From: Antedon mediterranea
Lineage: Eukaryota > Animalia > Echinodermata
DNA: 64,000 nucleotides
Direction: 5' to 3'
NCBI RefSeq assembly: GCF_964355755.1
Contig: NC_092671.1
Span: 12,462,001-12,526,000 of the forward strand
The translations under genes and the position numbers were made by a program. Every line of letters begins with the position of its first letter. Within the stretch, counting starts at the first letter, position 1. Under the pieces are notes generated by a model. The model saw only the letters and a list, made by a program, of their open reading frames with translations. It was not told the origin of the DNA and did not search any database. Below, in pieces: positions 1 to 13,900 of the stretch.

Positions 1-3000
1 GATCAATTTATCGGCCATCTCAAAACGCTCAAGAATGCTATTATTTTTAGCCAAGCATCAAATAAATATTTGTAAATAATAAATTTAAGCAATTAACATA
101 ATGTAAAATGTTTTCAACAGCATTGGTCTCGGGATAAATTATATGATTCAGTGACCTGCATATTGTTGTGCTTTAAAGAAAAATATACTTAAAATATTAA
201 TGCTATCACAAAAAGGCAGATACTGTACTGTCACTAACAATCGATGCCAGGACCTAACAAAAATACTGAAAAAAATGTGTATGTTTGATTAGATAGTCAC
301 TTGTTTTGTTACATTTATCAACTCTGAATATGAAAGTACAGTTGAACCATTACTAATGTAACCCAACATAGTATCCACTTAAGAACCATCCCTCTCCCCT
401 TAATGGGATTGGCCATAGTGTAAAAACCTATGTGTAATATCCATTGTTCGTTTCATGAAATCCATGAAAATGTCCCATTTAGATACGGGTATCCCCTGAT
501 TTGGGGTGACGTCCCCAAGGCATGGTTCTACTCTAAATATTTCAAACACCCGTTGCGAATCTAAAACATTAACGATTTCATTTTATGTATTTAATGCTTG
601 TTTCAAACTCATCTTATTAAATATTATAATTTAGAAAAATAATTACCAGCACCAGTTTACATAGTGTTGCTAACTATAAAGAATGCTACTACAGTTTGAT
701 AATAGATTTCCATACAACTATTTTCAATTATAAAATCCATTTTAGCACACATATTTCAATTTACCATCCCCACCATTACTCACTGCAATTATTATTATAA
801 TTGTTTTACTTGGAATTCAATTATTTATGGTGGTATTATAACTGCTTTGGTTTTCCAATCATAAATCATTGATTAACATTTTTATAATTTGATATTCATT
901 TGTGAGAAGGGATGGAGTGTGGGGAGGAGAGATAAATGGAAATTTATTAGGCCCATGTTATTCAAAGTAACATACAGTTAGTACTTTTGGCTTTCATTAA
1001 ATATTCATGTTTATACAGTATGAATAATAAAGATTTGTTCTGTTTTGAAATATTTCCAGGGCAATTGATATATTTGTTTAGAATATTTATTAAACAGTCC
1101 CCGGCATAATAATGATGGTAATAATATTTTGTCAATTGAAATTTATTTACACCATTTTATCTTTTTTCCTATGATGATGGAAAGTATAATATGTTATGGA
1201 TGTATATACCTTTAAGGACAAAATAACAATTAAAAATGAAATCATGTCTTAGTAGATTTTTTTATTCCATTAATCTAATAACAACTAACCAATTGTAACT
1301 CTAAAATTAAGATTTGTCTTGGCCCGCAAAAGATATTTTGAACTGAATTCTATACAAATATTATTATATTTTAGGCCTATAATACATCTTCCATTTACCA
1401 CATCTTTACAATACAACCTTTAAAAGGTCTTTTTTCGAGTCCAGTTACTTCTGAACTTTTATTTCAGCTCCATTCAAAGTAGTAGTGGTGCCAGTCCGAT
1501 CGATGATTACCACACATTTAGTGTTATGAATAACTTTTTACTAACTTGATAATTAGTGATTCAGATTAGAAATAAATAATTTGTTTAGGTAGGCCTTGAA
1601 TCTGCTATATGAATGTTTAGTTAGGGAATAATCACTCCATTTACGGGTGGTGATACACGTTGGACTTTAAAAATGGAAAATTTAACAAAGGTAACTTTAT
1701 CCAAGACCATCTGTAAGTTTGACCATTGTTCGAATTTGAATAATTTCACTCATTAGTTTTATCATAGTTTTAATAAAATTTAACTAAACTAGGATTGACG
1801 TTGATGGTATCAGCTCATTTTACCTGGAAAGACGAGGAACAAATAGGGGGGCAGTGGTTGATGTTGGTTTTAGTTTAACTCTGGGGGAATTATAGGGCAT
1901 TCGGATTGTCTTTTCTTGGTCACTATAGCCTGCAACTCAGCTTAACTTGACCTGATTATTAAATCCAGTGCAAATGAGGATTTACTATTACTATTTTTTA
2001 TTATAAATCAGAATTTTAAGTTAAAGACAAATTTTAAGTCACAATAATCACCTCGCTCAGTGACAGATCTGACAGATCTGTTGTTGATTTTTTTTTTACC
2101 AGAGAATTCAGTTATAAGCAGATTAATTCATGTAAAAGAGATGTAGACAAGGTGTTTGTTTAAATGTCTAGCAGTTGGAATAACCCAACTATATCAGTAA
2201 CCTTCAATGATAACATGGAATAATTGTTTTTAAGCCAGGGTATTACTTACTAAAGTCATCGTTCTTCAGTAAATCCATGATAAGTGACGTTGCTGAAAAT
2301 GTCAATAGTGTGGCCTAGAATACCCAACTTACGGTTTTATTATTATATTTGCATTTGTTAATTTTTTTAAATTGGTTTGCTAAATATATTCATCATCATC
2401 ACCATTTGTTATATATATATATATTGGTATAAACCTCCATGGTTAAATCATCAATCACTTGATGTAACCCTCCTCAAGCATATTCAATTTCCTCTTCTTT
2501 GTAGCTATTTACCATTACAAAGTCCTTGAATACCTCTCTTTCATCTCTTCATCTTTGTTGTCTTTCTATTGGTGGCCATTCTGGGACTCTTTTTGTTAAA
2601 TATATTTACAATGTTTTAATAAAGGACAAAACATAGAATCACAGTTGTCATTATTCCAATGTACCATATTCTATAAATTTCTTTTTTAAATATATTATTA
2701 GAAAGTGGTTAAAGAGTCCAGTAAGAAGGAAACTTAGTGGCAAACAAGATAAAAAAGACCAAACAAATGGTAAAAGCTCTAAGGTAGGTACTAGATAAAT
2801 GAATATAATAATCCATAACAAATTGAATTCAATACAATAAAGAAACAATATATGAAAAAATAATAAAGAGGGCAAAGTGTAAAGAATCAAAGATTTCAAG
2901 TGTCAAGCCGAGAAAAAAAACCACTTATATTAAATAAACACAAATGAGGGATCATCTACATAATGAAAAGGTATTTGCTTATTTTAATTGAGAGTGTACA

Positions 3001-4014
3001 GTAATTGGATATAATTTGATACTTAATCTTGGATGTACAATAAACCTTAAGATGAAAAATATCTGTCGCAAATCAACAGTTGATGTTGACAACAATTAAC
3101 AACGAATTTTGTTTTTGTTTGACAAAGATATGAACATAAGGCTAAATTAAACTGGATCTCTTACTCTCCGGTGGCGTGAATTGCGCTGTGGTGGTCACTT
3201 TAACCATGGAGAAAGTAACTTATTTCTCCATGCTTTAACTGTCCAGAGCCAATCTGGATAAAAGGCTTTAAATTTATTATTAGGTTGAAATAAATGATCA
3301 GACGAACCTACCCACATAACACTTATAGTAGAAATAAAATCCATCAAATAGTTTATATACACATTTAAAGGTGGTAGCTAACAAGATTTAGAAGGTCTTA
3401 AAATCTTAAATTTCAATATTTTAGTTATATATTTAAATGTGTATTGTATGAATGAACTGAAATATTATGTGACTGACCCTTTATATTAAAATGTAATAAA
3501 TTTGTTATTAGAAAAGCATATTATTATGATACCATTGTATTTTTATAATTCATCAATTTTCATCTGATAGTGTAAAACATTTTAACGACATCAATATTGT
3601 GTTGCTATTGGTTCGTTAGCCCATATTACCTACACGCACCATTGTAGACCATTTGCATCAAGTCTTGGAGTTTACTTATATTATGTTGATTTAAAGTCTG
3701 TTAGTACTCTTCAAGTGCCAAATGCATTACTAACTCACTGTAAAGGAAGTGGACACTGTGATTTTATACTATTTCTACTGTATATGCTGACAACACTGCA
3801 TGTGCTGTGCATATTAACATTTACAGCAAAATACTTGTGAAGAGAATATTCATGATAGCTGGTACTCTACAGTTTATGGCCAGCTATCTTTCTGCAATGT
3901 TTCTTTGGGTCATGGGCGCACATTCAGTCAATATCTCACAGTAAATATTTGAATGATCTGACAAATAAATGCTGCGTTCTTCGAGTTCTTGATCATTTCA
4001 TAACTTGTTTTAAA

Positions 4015-4161
4015 ATGGATAGTCTACTGCGGACTGTGTCTGTTCGTTTTGGTAAACTTCGCAGTAGCTATTGCTATGATCGGTTGCGTACTCACATACG
4101 TCGTAAAGGGGATGTTTATCATGCTTTTCGTGAACTTACAGTCCAACAAATAGTTTTTATG
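4015..4161 (+). CDS. Candidate alternative first coding exon for a GEF2-only (Duet-type) isoform
   Basis: aaaATGG context, 49 open codons (MDSLLRTVSVRFGKLRSS...QQIVFM), strong donor G|GTAAGA in phase 0, compatible with the phase-0 acceptor at 7925. Confidence 0.5.
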
Positions 4162-7100
4162 GTAAGAATATTTCTGTTAATTTTTTAATTGCATTATTGA
4201 TAATTTCTAATGAAGATTTATTATAGTGTCATTTCTGAGGATAAATTGAATTACTAGTTCGTATGCAATTAAATCAAACTACCATTACCAGGTATATCTG
4301 TTTAAAAATGTTTACAATGCAAACAAAATAAAAACATAAATAAAATCTTAAAATTAGAAAATGAAATAGGCCTGGAAAATGGTTCTTTTGTGCCTATTTA
4401 AAATAAATAATGATTAAAAAATAAAAATAGAATGTAGGAATATTATGTTAAATAATTCAATTTAAATATTTATTAAATTATATAATATTATTATTGTGCC
4501 ATAGAAATGTGTGCCAGCAAGTTGATTAAATTTGTAATTCACCAATTTTACATCTAATTATTATTAAACATGGAAAATGTGTTGGCAAGGCATGAAATTA
4601 AAGATACAAACATTATAATTGCATTTTGTTGAGAATTCTAGAAAGCTTGATAAAATCATTCCACCTTGAATATTTAATTTTAATTTCTACTCTATGATTG
4701 ATAATGTTCTGTACAACCATCACTATGTTATGTTAGTGCATGATTTTCATTAAATAGAGACACTGAATAGCCAACGACGTTGTCTTGCACATAATGAGCA
4801 AATATATATTAAGTATTATGGCAAACTCGAGTTAAATTGACAAGGGAAAGGTACATCATTGCTTCTGTCGCAGTTCTACGTTATTTATTTGATTTTGTTT
4901 GATGCTTATGTTTCTCTTAAAAATAAACTTGAATATTTTATGTTTGTTGATATTAGCCAGATCTCTCTCATTTGCTATGCTTGTAAAACATATTACCCTG
5001 GGGATACTTCTTGAACTGTTATATAGTTGAATGCAATAGCTTTACTATAACTATATGCCTCCAACTGTTTCGTGTGTCTACTCATGGATCCTCATATTAA
5101 GCAAAATTATAATAGTAATTTTATATCGATTGAAAAAGTATCATGAATGGAAATATGGTAAAAGACATAACATGCACAACATGTTACACATTTATAAAAC
5201 AAATAATAATTGTTGCTACATATGTGATAAATTTATATTATAAATAATTAATTTTGTATTATAATGTTTCATGTATAAACAAAATAATATAAAATACATT
5301 AAAAAAAAATGTTATATTTATTTTAATCCAACCCTATTGTATTATATAAAGTCAACTTTATTTAATTTAAATATATTCTGAGGAGAAGCCCCTTTAAATA
5401 AAGAACATACAGAATACATTTGATAGCATCAGTTCATTTAAAATATAGTGTATAATTTCTATAGAAATGTTGTTATTGCTTAATGATTGTAGTAATTGTC
5501 GTAGGAGGAAATTATAAATATGAATTTGAGATATTACGTTGCGTGTTGCTATCTTGAAAGAATGGCTTCCCGTAGTGATGTAGTAAAATATTGATCCATA
5601 ATAATAAAGTTGTAATGAAATAGACATGGACAATTTGAGCCATAGCAACCCCAAGCCCTATGGCCATTGCATTATGTTGCTGGAGAGTTGAGGTTGATCC
5701 ATTTTGTATAGGTAGTAGGTAGGAGGCCATTGATTAGAAATGTACACCACCAATGAAAATTGTATTTTAATTTATTTCTGCTGCATCACTCTCAGGCAAT
5801 TAGATAAATATACATAAATTATGATATTTTTTAGTTGAATCAATGATAATAGCAGTAGCACTTTTAATTATTTTCAATTAGAATGGATAGATATTGATGA
5901 TAATTATGATTACAATAATGATTATATTATCATATTAATATTTTTTTTTCATATTTTTGCAAAATGTAAATAGTATGTACATGGTAGTATAGAAAAAAAA
6001 GTTTGTGGGTTGGTTGCAATCAGAATGTTCATTAAATCCTAATATAAAGGAACTAATTGTACATCTTTGGTGATTAAGTTAACATTTTATGATTTATTAA
6101 CTGTATATGACTGATATATAATTATGTCCCCTGGCCTAAATTAAAGGGTGGGATTTTATACTCAAGCATGGAATATCTTAACTAACATCAATTAAATTTA
6201 AATAAAATCATCAGCTCAATTAGTTAACATAAAAGAAGTTTGTTAAAAGTTTAATTAATTATTCCTTCCGCCTAGTTATTGGAATATTGAGTGTACTATC
6301 GTACCGTTAAATTCACATGCTACAATTAGCAAAACTGAAAAATCAAAACATTTGTGAACTTCATAATTTGGTTGTCATGGCCAAAGGAAGTTCAGCTCAG
6401 GTGCATCTAGGATGTGACCTCAAGGTCCAATGCGTTTGGCTTGATAACAGTTTACTCATTTTAAGGACTATCTTTATTAAATGTTTTTCATTTCATTTGA
6501 TATGATTGTATTCATGAATAACATTCTTAACGTATTAATTATAAACCCAAAAACACGGACAACTATCTGATTAATTGATTTAATTTATGAAAATATCATA
6601 TCACTGACGCCAACTTTACTGTTCTTTAAAATCTGAACCTGAAAATACATTTGACATAGCTATTTCGCTGTCGTATCATAGGGTACGGGTATGTAGTTGC
6701 TGTCTGCTAATCGTGGTCGTGTATTTTCATTGGTTAAGGTTAAAATCACTGATGCATCTGCACTGGATTAGCGTTATGAAATCTACCCTCTCCCGCTAGA
6801 GTTATTAACGCCACTGGCGCGGAGTTACAGCTCCCTAACGCTAATCCACGGCGTGGTTCAGACACAAAAAAAATGTACGCCGCTTACATAACTCCACCGT
6901 AACTCCGTGAGTCTGAACATACCCTAATTTCAACTTTCACGTATTTTTCAACATTGCTGAAATTGAGATAAAACCTTTGCGTGCACAGTATTGAACATGT
7001 AATTTTAATAAGGACCTTTTTTGGAATTCAATTTATAGTATACTATTATATTCTTTTTTATTTTACTGTATTCAATTTTTTTTTTTTCTTGGACCTTCTC

Positions 7101-7924
7101 TAGGGCCCCTTTAGTTTGGAGCCCCTAGGTTTAACCAGTGAGCAATCATGAACGTTACGCCACTGAATAGCAAATATTCCATGTAATATTTCTAGGTCAT
7201 CAGGTGACACCGCATGACCCATAATAGGAAACTATACAGCTAGTTAGGAATATTATATTAAGCGACTGAGTACATCAATTGTCAGGTTCTTGTCTCTCTG
7301 AATATAGTGTAAAATAAAGCAATTTAACAGTACAGAAGGTAACAGTTCTATAGGAATGTAAAGTGGTATTATAAAATAAGAAAATTTGAAAAATATTTCA
7401 AAGAATAATTTAACTTGTTATCAATAAAATGAAACAGTAGATTAGATACAGTTGATCTACCATAGCATTCCATACATGTTTTTGTTGGTAAAAATATTTT
7501 TTCCTCCATAAAATTTTTCGTTGTTGTTCCTAGACACTGGGTGTATTATGTAGGCTGTCATCAAATTTTAAATATTATATGTAACCTCTCCCTCCCTAAG
7601 CCTCATAATCTATGTTATTGTTGAGGAAAAATATAAGACTACCACCATCATTTAAATTTACTTTATCTTATCAATTCAAAAATCTATTTAAAAAACTCCC
7701 TCCCATGATGTCACCTGGAGATGGTGATTATTTATGTCTTTCCTTTTACCTAGTTGCTAATAAAAAAGATTCATTTATCTTTTACATTTTTGCTTTACCT
7801 GTAATGTACATCATTTAGAAATTCAAGTTTCGTAAACGCACCCCAAAAGATCTATCGTACAGCAGCCAATACAGTATTTTTGATTTTTATAATCTCTGAT
7901 TCTTTATTGTCTTATATTTTACAG

Positions 7925-10900
7925 CAGCAACTTGGAAACTCAAATAGTGATCCTAATAGTAAAGACTATGATCCTCCACTTGCTCAGCAAGAAGATTTAG
8001 GCGAAGAGGTAACTTTAATTTTCTTCTAAATTGATCAATAATAATGTGATGTTTCGTTTCGTTTATTTTTCCACTCACTTATTATATTTTGAACAAACAT
8101 GAGTATACATATATTAAATGTCGGTGGATGGAGGTCACAGTAAGTTCACTGAACTTTAAGTCGTGACCCCCGTAGGCCTATAAGTATATATGTTTAACAC
8201 TCAAAAATGATATCTCCATGATTCATATATTGTTCTATTAATTAGTTGCCTAAATTTATTGAAACGGATTGAAAGGAGAAGCATTTTTACATTTTTTAGT
8301 GTTTGATTCCGAAAAGCAAGTTACCTAAAACATGAGTATGATGTGTATCGCAATGCTGAGAATTGTCTGGCTTACTTACTTAAACCACCCTGCTTAAACA
8401 TCATCAAGAAATTGTCTACCACCTACAAAAACATTGACGGATTGCCAAATAGAGTGGAAACTAATATACTCATTGTAAAGTATACTTACATTACATACTC
8501 TAAGGCTTAAATAAATGTAATATAAATTTTGTTTTCAGGAACGTGTTGCAAGTCGAGAAAATCTTTTATCAAAAAAGAATACAAAGATTGAACTAGTTAC
8601 AGAAGACGAGGAGACGTATGAAGCAGAACCTTCGCTGCTACCACCCCCAATGGAATTGCAACATCATACAAATTTAATGTCTGCAAAAGAAGGAAAAGAA
8701 GAGAATAAAGAGGTAAATATATCAGTAATACTGTTTATGTGAGTTTCTGCGTCATTGGTGCTCTCATTTCATTAATGACACAATATTGGCTGTATGCACA
8801 GATATGTTATCTAATGCAAAACTATTTTATAATCTAAATCAAACAAAATAGAGTTGAACCCAATGCATGGGTTGTGCACTCCTCTCAACCATCACTAGCA
8901 TCACCAGGTTTAGTAAACAGAATATGTGTCATATATAATTATTAGGATTGCTTATTGCTGTTTATAGAGACACTATGTAGCCTAGCAAAGTATAGAGTTG
9001 AAGATATATCATCACATGTATCGTGGGGATGGGATTAAACCCTCCACCTCATGCAAAGAGGGAGTCTTAACCACTAGACAACAGAGGCTTCATGGTTCAA
9101 TAAGTTAAATAACTGGCACCTATATTATATCATGCTATGTGTTGTATAATAATCTTTTACTTGTTAAGCTTTTTTATTTTTAAATATTGGTAATAGTGTA
9201 TGAAGTTATTTGCTTTTTCATTACTTGTTGCATGTATTTATTTTTGTGGCCCTTTTATTTTTGTAGCCCTTTTTATTTGTTGCTATTTAAAAAAAACAAA
9301 TATCACTCTTTGCTACAGTCACATATCTCCCTTGGTGCTATCCCAGCCTGCATCACAGGCTCTGCCACTGAAATCGCAGCAGAAATCGAAAGTATGGTTC
9401 GTCTTAGAATGGTGGTATGTTACAGCCAGTGCATGTATTTTGTTATATTTTTGCACTCTTTAATTTCTATCAGTTTTCCTTTGCACTTGATTGATTTTTT
9501 AGTTTGCTAAATTTTCTATATCTTTAGCCATAGTACCTTTCGTCAACCAGAGCACTGCTTTGATTAATCTATTTTGCTTATTGGTTTTTTTTTTCAAAGT
9601 TATTTTAGATTGTTAAACTAACTTCGCTTGCATGAATGTTAATTAGAATGTGTTTTTTTTTTGCATCCAATTAACATTTCCTTCTCTGCTTTAGATATAT
9701 TATGTTTTAATCTTCATACTAATTTAAAAATCATGTGTGCATGTACCAGGGTGATTGTCAACAACTCTAATTCAGTTTTTTAGATTAATTTCTTAATATA
9801 AGGACATTTGCTTTAAAGTTTTGAATTTGAATGGTTGGAAGTATACTCCTATCTACTGCCTTCAAATCAAATGTCTTGCACTTTTCTAACACACTTGAAT
9901 TTATACTCAAACGTAAATGAAATTGAAAATCAAAATCATTGGTCTAGTCCAAGTGGGAATGTTGACTGTAAGGGGGTGAGTCTCGTGTTCTCTGAACGTA
10001 GGGGAATGAGCTGTTAGGAGCTCATTGTACTAAGCCTCGGCATTATGTGGTAGGGTGGCCAGTTCCTTTCCACGCCGCCTTTTTTCTCCCTAGTATTTTC
10101 AACCAGGTACTCATTTACAGCTGAGTGGACTGGGAGTTGTCGGGAATTGAACCCGGGTCTATCTGTAAATTGAAAATCAAACTCATTGGTCCAGTCCAAG
10201 TGGGAATGTTGACTGTACATTGTCAAAAGTACACTATTACATTTATTTTTCTATTGACAAGTTCAAGTTACTAATTTCTTATGATTAGCTCATTCAACTC
10301 ACAACTCATTCAACTCACAACTGTACTATACTGTAGTATTGCATGTAAAATAGTTAACTGAACATAGATAGGTAAATAGATAGATATTATTTCAACTTAC
10401 AATTAAATAGAGGACATTTATAGCTAATCTCTATTCAAGGGACTTACAATTGCTGGGTCCAAAATGTGTCCCCTTATTATTTTGACTAATAACAAGGTTA
10501 AATTACCCATTTATCATATTGTTAGTAGTAAAAAAAGAACCGCAAATGAACTACATTTTGAATTTTGGTGAACGTGGAAGTGTCATTTTAACACATTGGT
10601 ACTACATTATATACATTATCAACCAATAATTATCTGTTAGAAATTCCATCAAGTTCACTCACCACTTAATCAAATTGGTTTAACTATGTAAAGTTACAAC
10701 TGCATATTGATTTTACTCTGAAAAACAGTTTTGATATGGTAATGCTTTCATCAATTTACACACTTTCGTTCTCCTACTATCAAATTATGGGATATTTTTA
10801 TCCACTAGACACAACATATTCTTGCATATATTTATAAATCCAAAGGCAAATTACTGAAAAAAATGACAATGCTGTGGGTAACAGTGGCTGGATCTCAATG

Positions 10901-13900
10901 GAGATACAAAAATAAAAAGCGAAAAGCTAAATCAAAACGATAAAGTAAACAGGCAGAAAAGTTAGCAGAGCTTTCGGGCAACACTAGCCTTTCATCAGTG
11001 CAAGTGAAGGAATTTGGATAACGTCATATGCATATATATATTTTTTTTTTTTTTTCAAAATTATATTTTGTATAAAGTAGAACCCCTCCTTTGGAAACCT
11101 ATTCAGAGGACCATGAAATGCATGAGGGGTCCATATAATTGTTTTACTACAGTACTATGGTCATAGCTCTTGAATGTGTCCCAAACTTCCTTTAATAGGG
11201 CTGGCTCTACAGCAATAACAATTCCATAGTATTAACAGCCAAATAATTTTAAAATCATGGAACAATGATTTTTTTTTATTTTGTTATATATCTTTATACA
11301 CACTGCACACATCATTGTTTGTATATGGTTTGAAAGATTTAGTATAAATTAAGTATGAAATATGATAGATATGAAATAGGATGCAGGAAATTAATAATTG
11401 ATTAGGTAGAAATTCGTACAGTGTTAATTGAAGGATGGGAATGCCTAGAATGACTGGTTAATTATAGTTATATTAACTACTTCCTAAAAAACAGGCAATC
11501 TTATTAATAAATTGAAAACAAAAATGACATAATCATATTTAATCATAAACAATAATATGCTAAGATAATGAATCATGGGACAGTCACTGTTAAATAATAA
11601 AAGATTGAACATGCCAACATGTTAGTTATAACTGACAACATGCTAATGAACATTAAACATAATAATGTGTGTCGATGGAAGATGAGTAAACAAAATACAT
11701 AGTTTTTTTTTTTTTGTTTTTTTTTAAAGTTTTTCATCACAAAACAAAGATAATAGAAAGAAATTAATATAAGCTATACTTTAACATTATCTCAGATTCA
11801 ATCCAAAAATTCTAGGCTATGTCACATTAATAATATAAGCGCCTTTACTTACTTGTTTACTTACTTACTTGTTTACTTGTTTCCGGAGCTCAGCAATGCT
11901 GGGTCCGGAGTCGAGGCTAGGCTATGCCTATAAGCCCCTCTTGATAATTACATCAACTCTTGAATATGGCGCAAATTTAAGAGGGTGGTTGGACCATGCC
12001 CGTTCAAGACCGGACTTAAATTGATTGGTTGATCTTGAAGCTACTACATCCTCCGATAACGAATTCCATAATATAATAGCCTTTGATTTTTACTTCGGTT
12101 TAGTTGATTCTGGCGCTATACAAATACCTAAATTATATTATATTAATATTTTAACACATGTGTCCATCCTATTCTTAAACACTAACACCTATTTTTCACG
12201 ATAATTTATCCGGGCACTGAACCAGAATCCAGTGTGAATGCAACTTAAGACAGACTGTGTTAATTGCCTGCTGAAGACATGTCAACGTTTACTAATTGGG
12301 TCATTTACCTATAGTTAGTGGAATGTTGATAACTATTATATTAAAATAATTAGAAACACATACATCATTTTATATTTAACAAATAAAAAATTTTGAAATG
12401 TTATAAGTTAAGTTCTCATATTACCTTGTTCAGCATATTTTACAATTAACATTTTTTTTTTTTAAAGGATGAAGATAAAGAGATAGATACTAAGGAAAAT
12501 GAATGTCAAGAGGGAGTGAGTAGTGAACCAGCACCAGTGTCTGATGAAGAAGCTGAAGAGAAGGCTGTGGAAGAGAAGAAAGCTGCTGCCTTACATAAAC
12601 GATCGTAAGTTGCCGTAAAATGTATAGTCACTAAAAAGATACAGTTCAAAGGTAGTTTAAACCCTTCCCAGTGCAATTCCATATTTCCAGCCATGTTGCT
12701 AGTCCATGTATATGGATGTGTGTAAGTATAACTATGGTATAACAAATGTATGTAAAACAAATAACCATACAAACTCTCCCCTTCCTTTATATAGATATAG
12801 TTACACCTACTTAAACATACGTGCAAACATACTTAAACATTCAATTCAAGAACATTTTTAAACATTGAAGTACCAAGTTACTAGTCATAAATTCATGATC
12901 ATAAAAAATATGATATTGTGTCATCATCTGAATTTTTTTTTCTGATTGATTGTAGCTGGAGACTAATATATTAATTTATAATAATGCCTAAATTAAATAA
13001 ATGTATTATAAAGAAATGAAATATTTTTCTTTTACTCATTTTTAAGATTTGTACTACATGAGCTGGTTGAAACAGAAACAGAATATGTGCGGTATCTAGG
13101 CAAAGTTGTTGAGGTAGTGTACATTTAAGTTATAGTACAGTATTCAATAAGTTTAACCTATAGACGAGAAGTCATATGTTCGAATCTTGCCTAAGGATGC
13201 TTTATTATTCATATTTTTACTGGAATTTTCCATTAGCTAAATAATATCAATACGATCAATATATACTGTTATTACCCTTAGGAATTTATTAAAATATTAA
13301 GTACATTGCCAATTTATTCATATCATAATACAACTTAAGAAAGAAAAACAAATCTGTTTTAATTACTATGGAAATAATTTCAAAATGATAACGAGCTGGA
13401 AAATAGGAGATATGTAAGCAATTAGAACCACATAGTACACTGGGTATTATACAGTTTATTTGTATTGTAAATATTTAATCCATCTATACAACATAATACA
13501 TATAATAAATGTTTATGAGTTGAATGGAAAGAATATTTACATGACTGATTCAACCAGTTGAAGGTGAGTTGTACAGGACAGTCAGGCTTTTAATAAAAGT
13601 ATCCTACATATTCAACAACAACAATTAAATATTGTTTTAGAAATATTATACAAATAATGAATGTTTATGAGTGCAATGGTACAAATAATGGCACGAGGTG
13701 AATGATGAAAGGTTATATCAACGAGGCAAAGCCGAGTTGATATAACCTTTCATCATTCACCAAGTGCCATTATTTGTACCATTACACGAATACAAAACAT
13801 TCATTATTTGTTTTATATAACATCTAGACGTTTTTTTTTCGTACACAAAAAAGTTTCAAAAAGTACTATTTAACGATCGTTGAATAGTGCGTACTATTGC

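Noticed and set aside
6680-6927. Possible Harbinger MITE (GGGTA...GTCTGAACATACCC|TAA)
   Set aside because: Only the right end is clear; the left TIR and TSD cannot be established.
2651-7818. Short ORFs of 60-86 aa (2651, 5055, 5394, 5512, 6317, 7612)
   Set aside because: AT-rich intronic chance ORFs with F/I/L/Y/K-biased composition, no motifs and no compatible splice structure.
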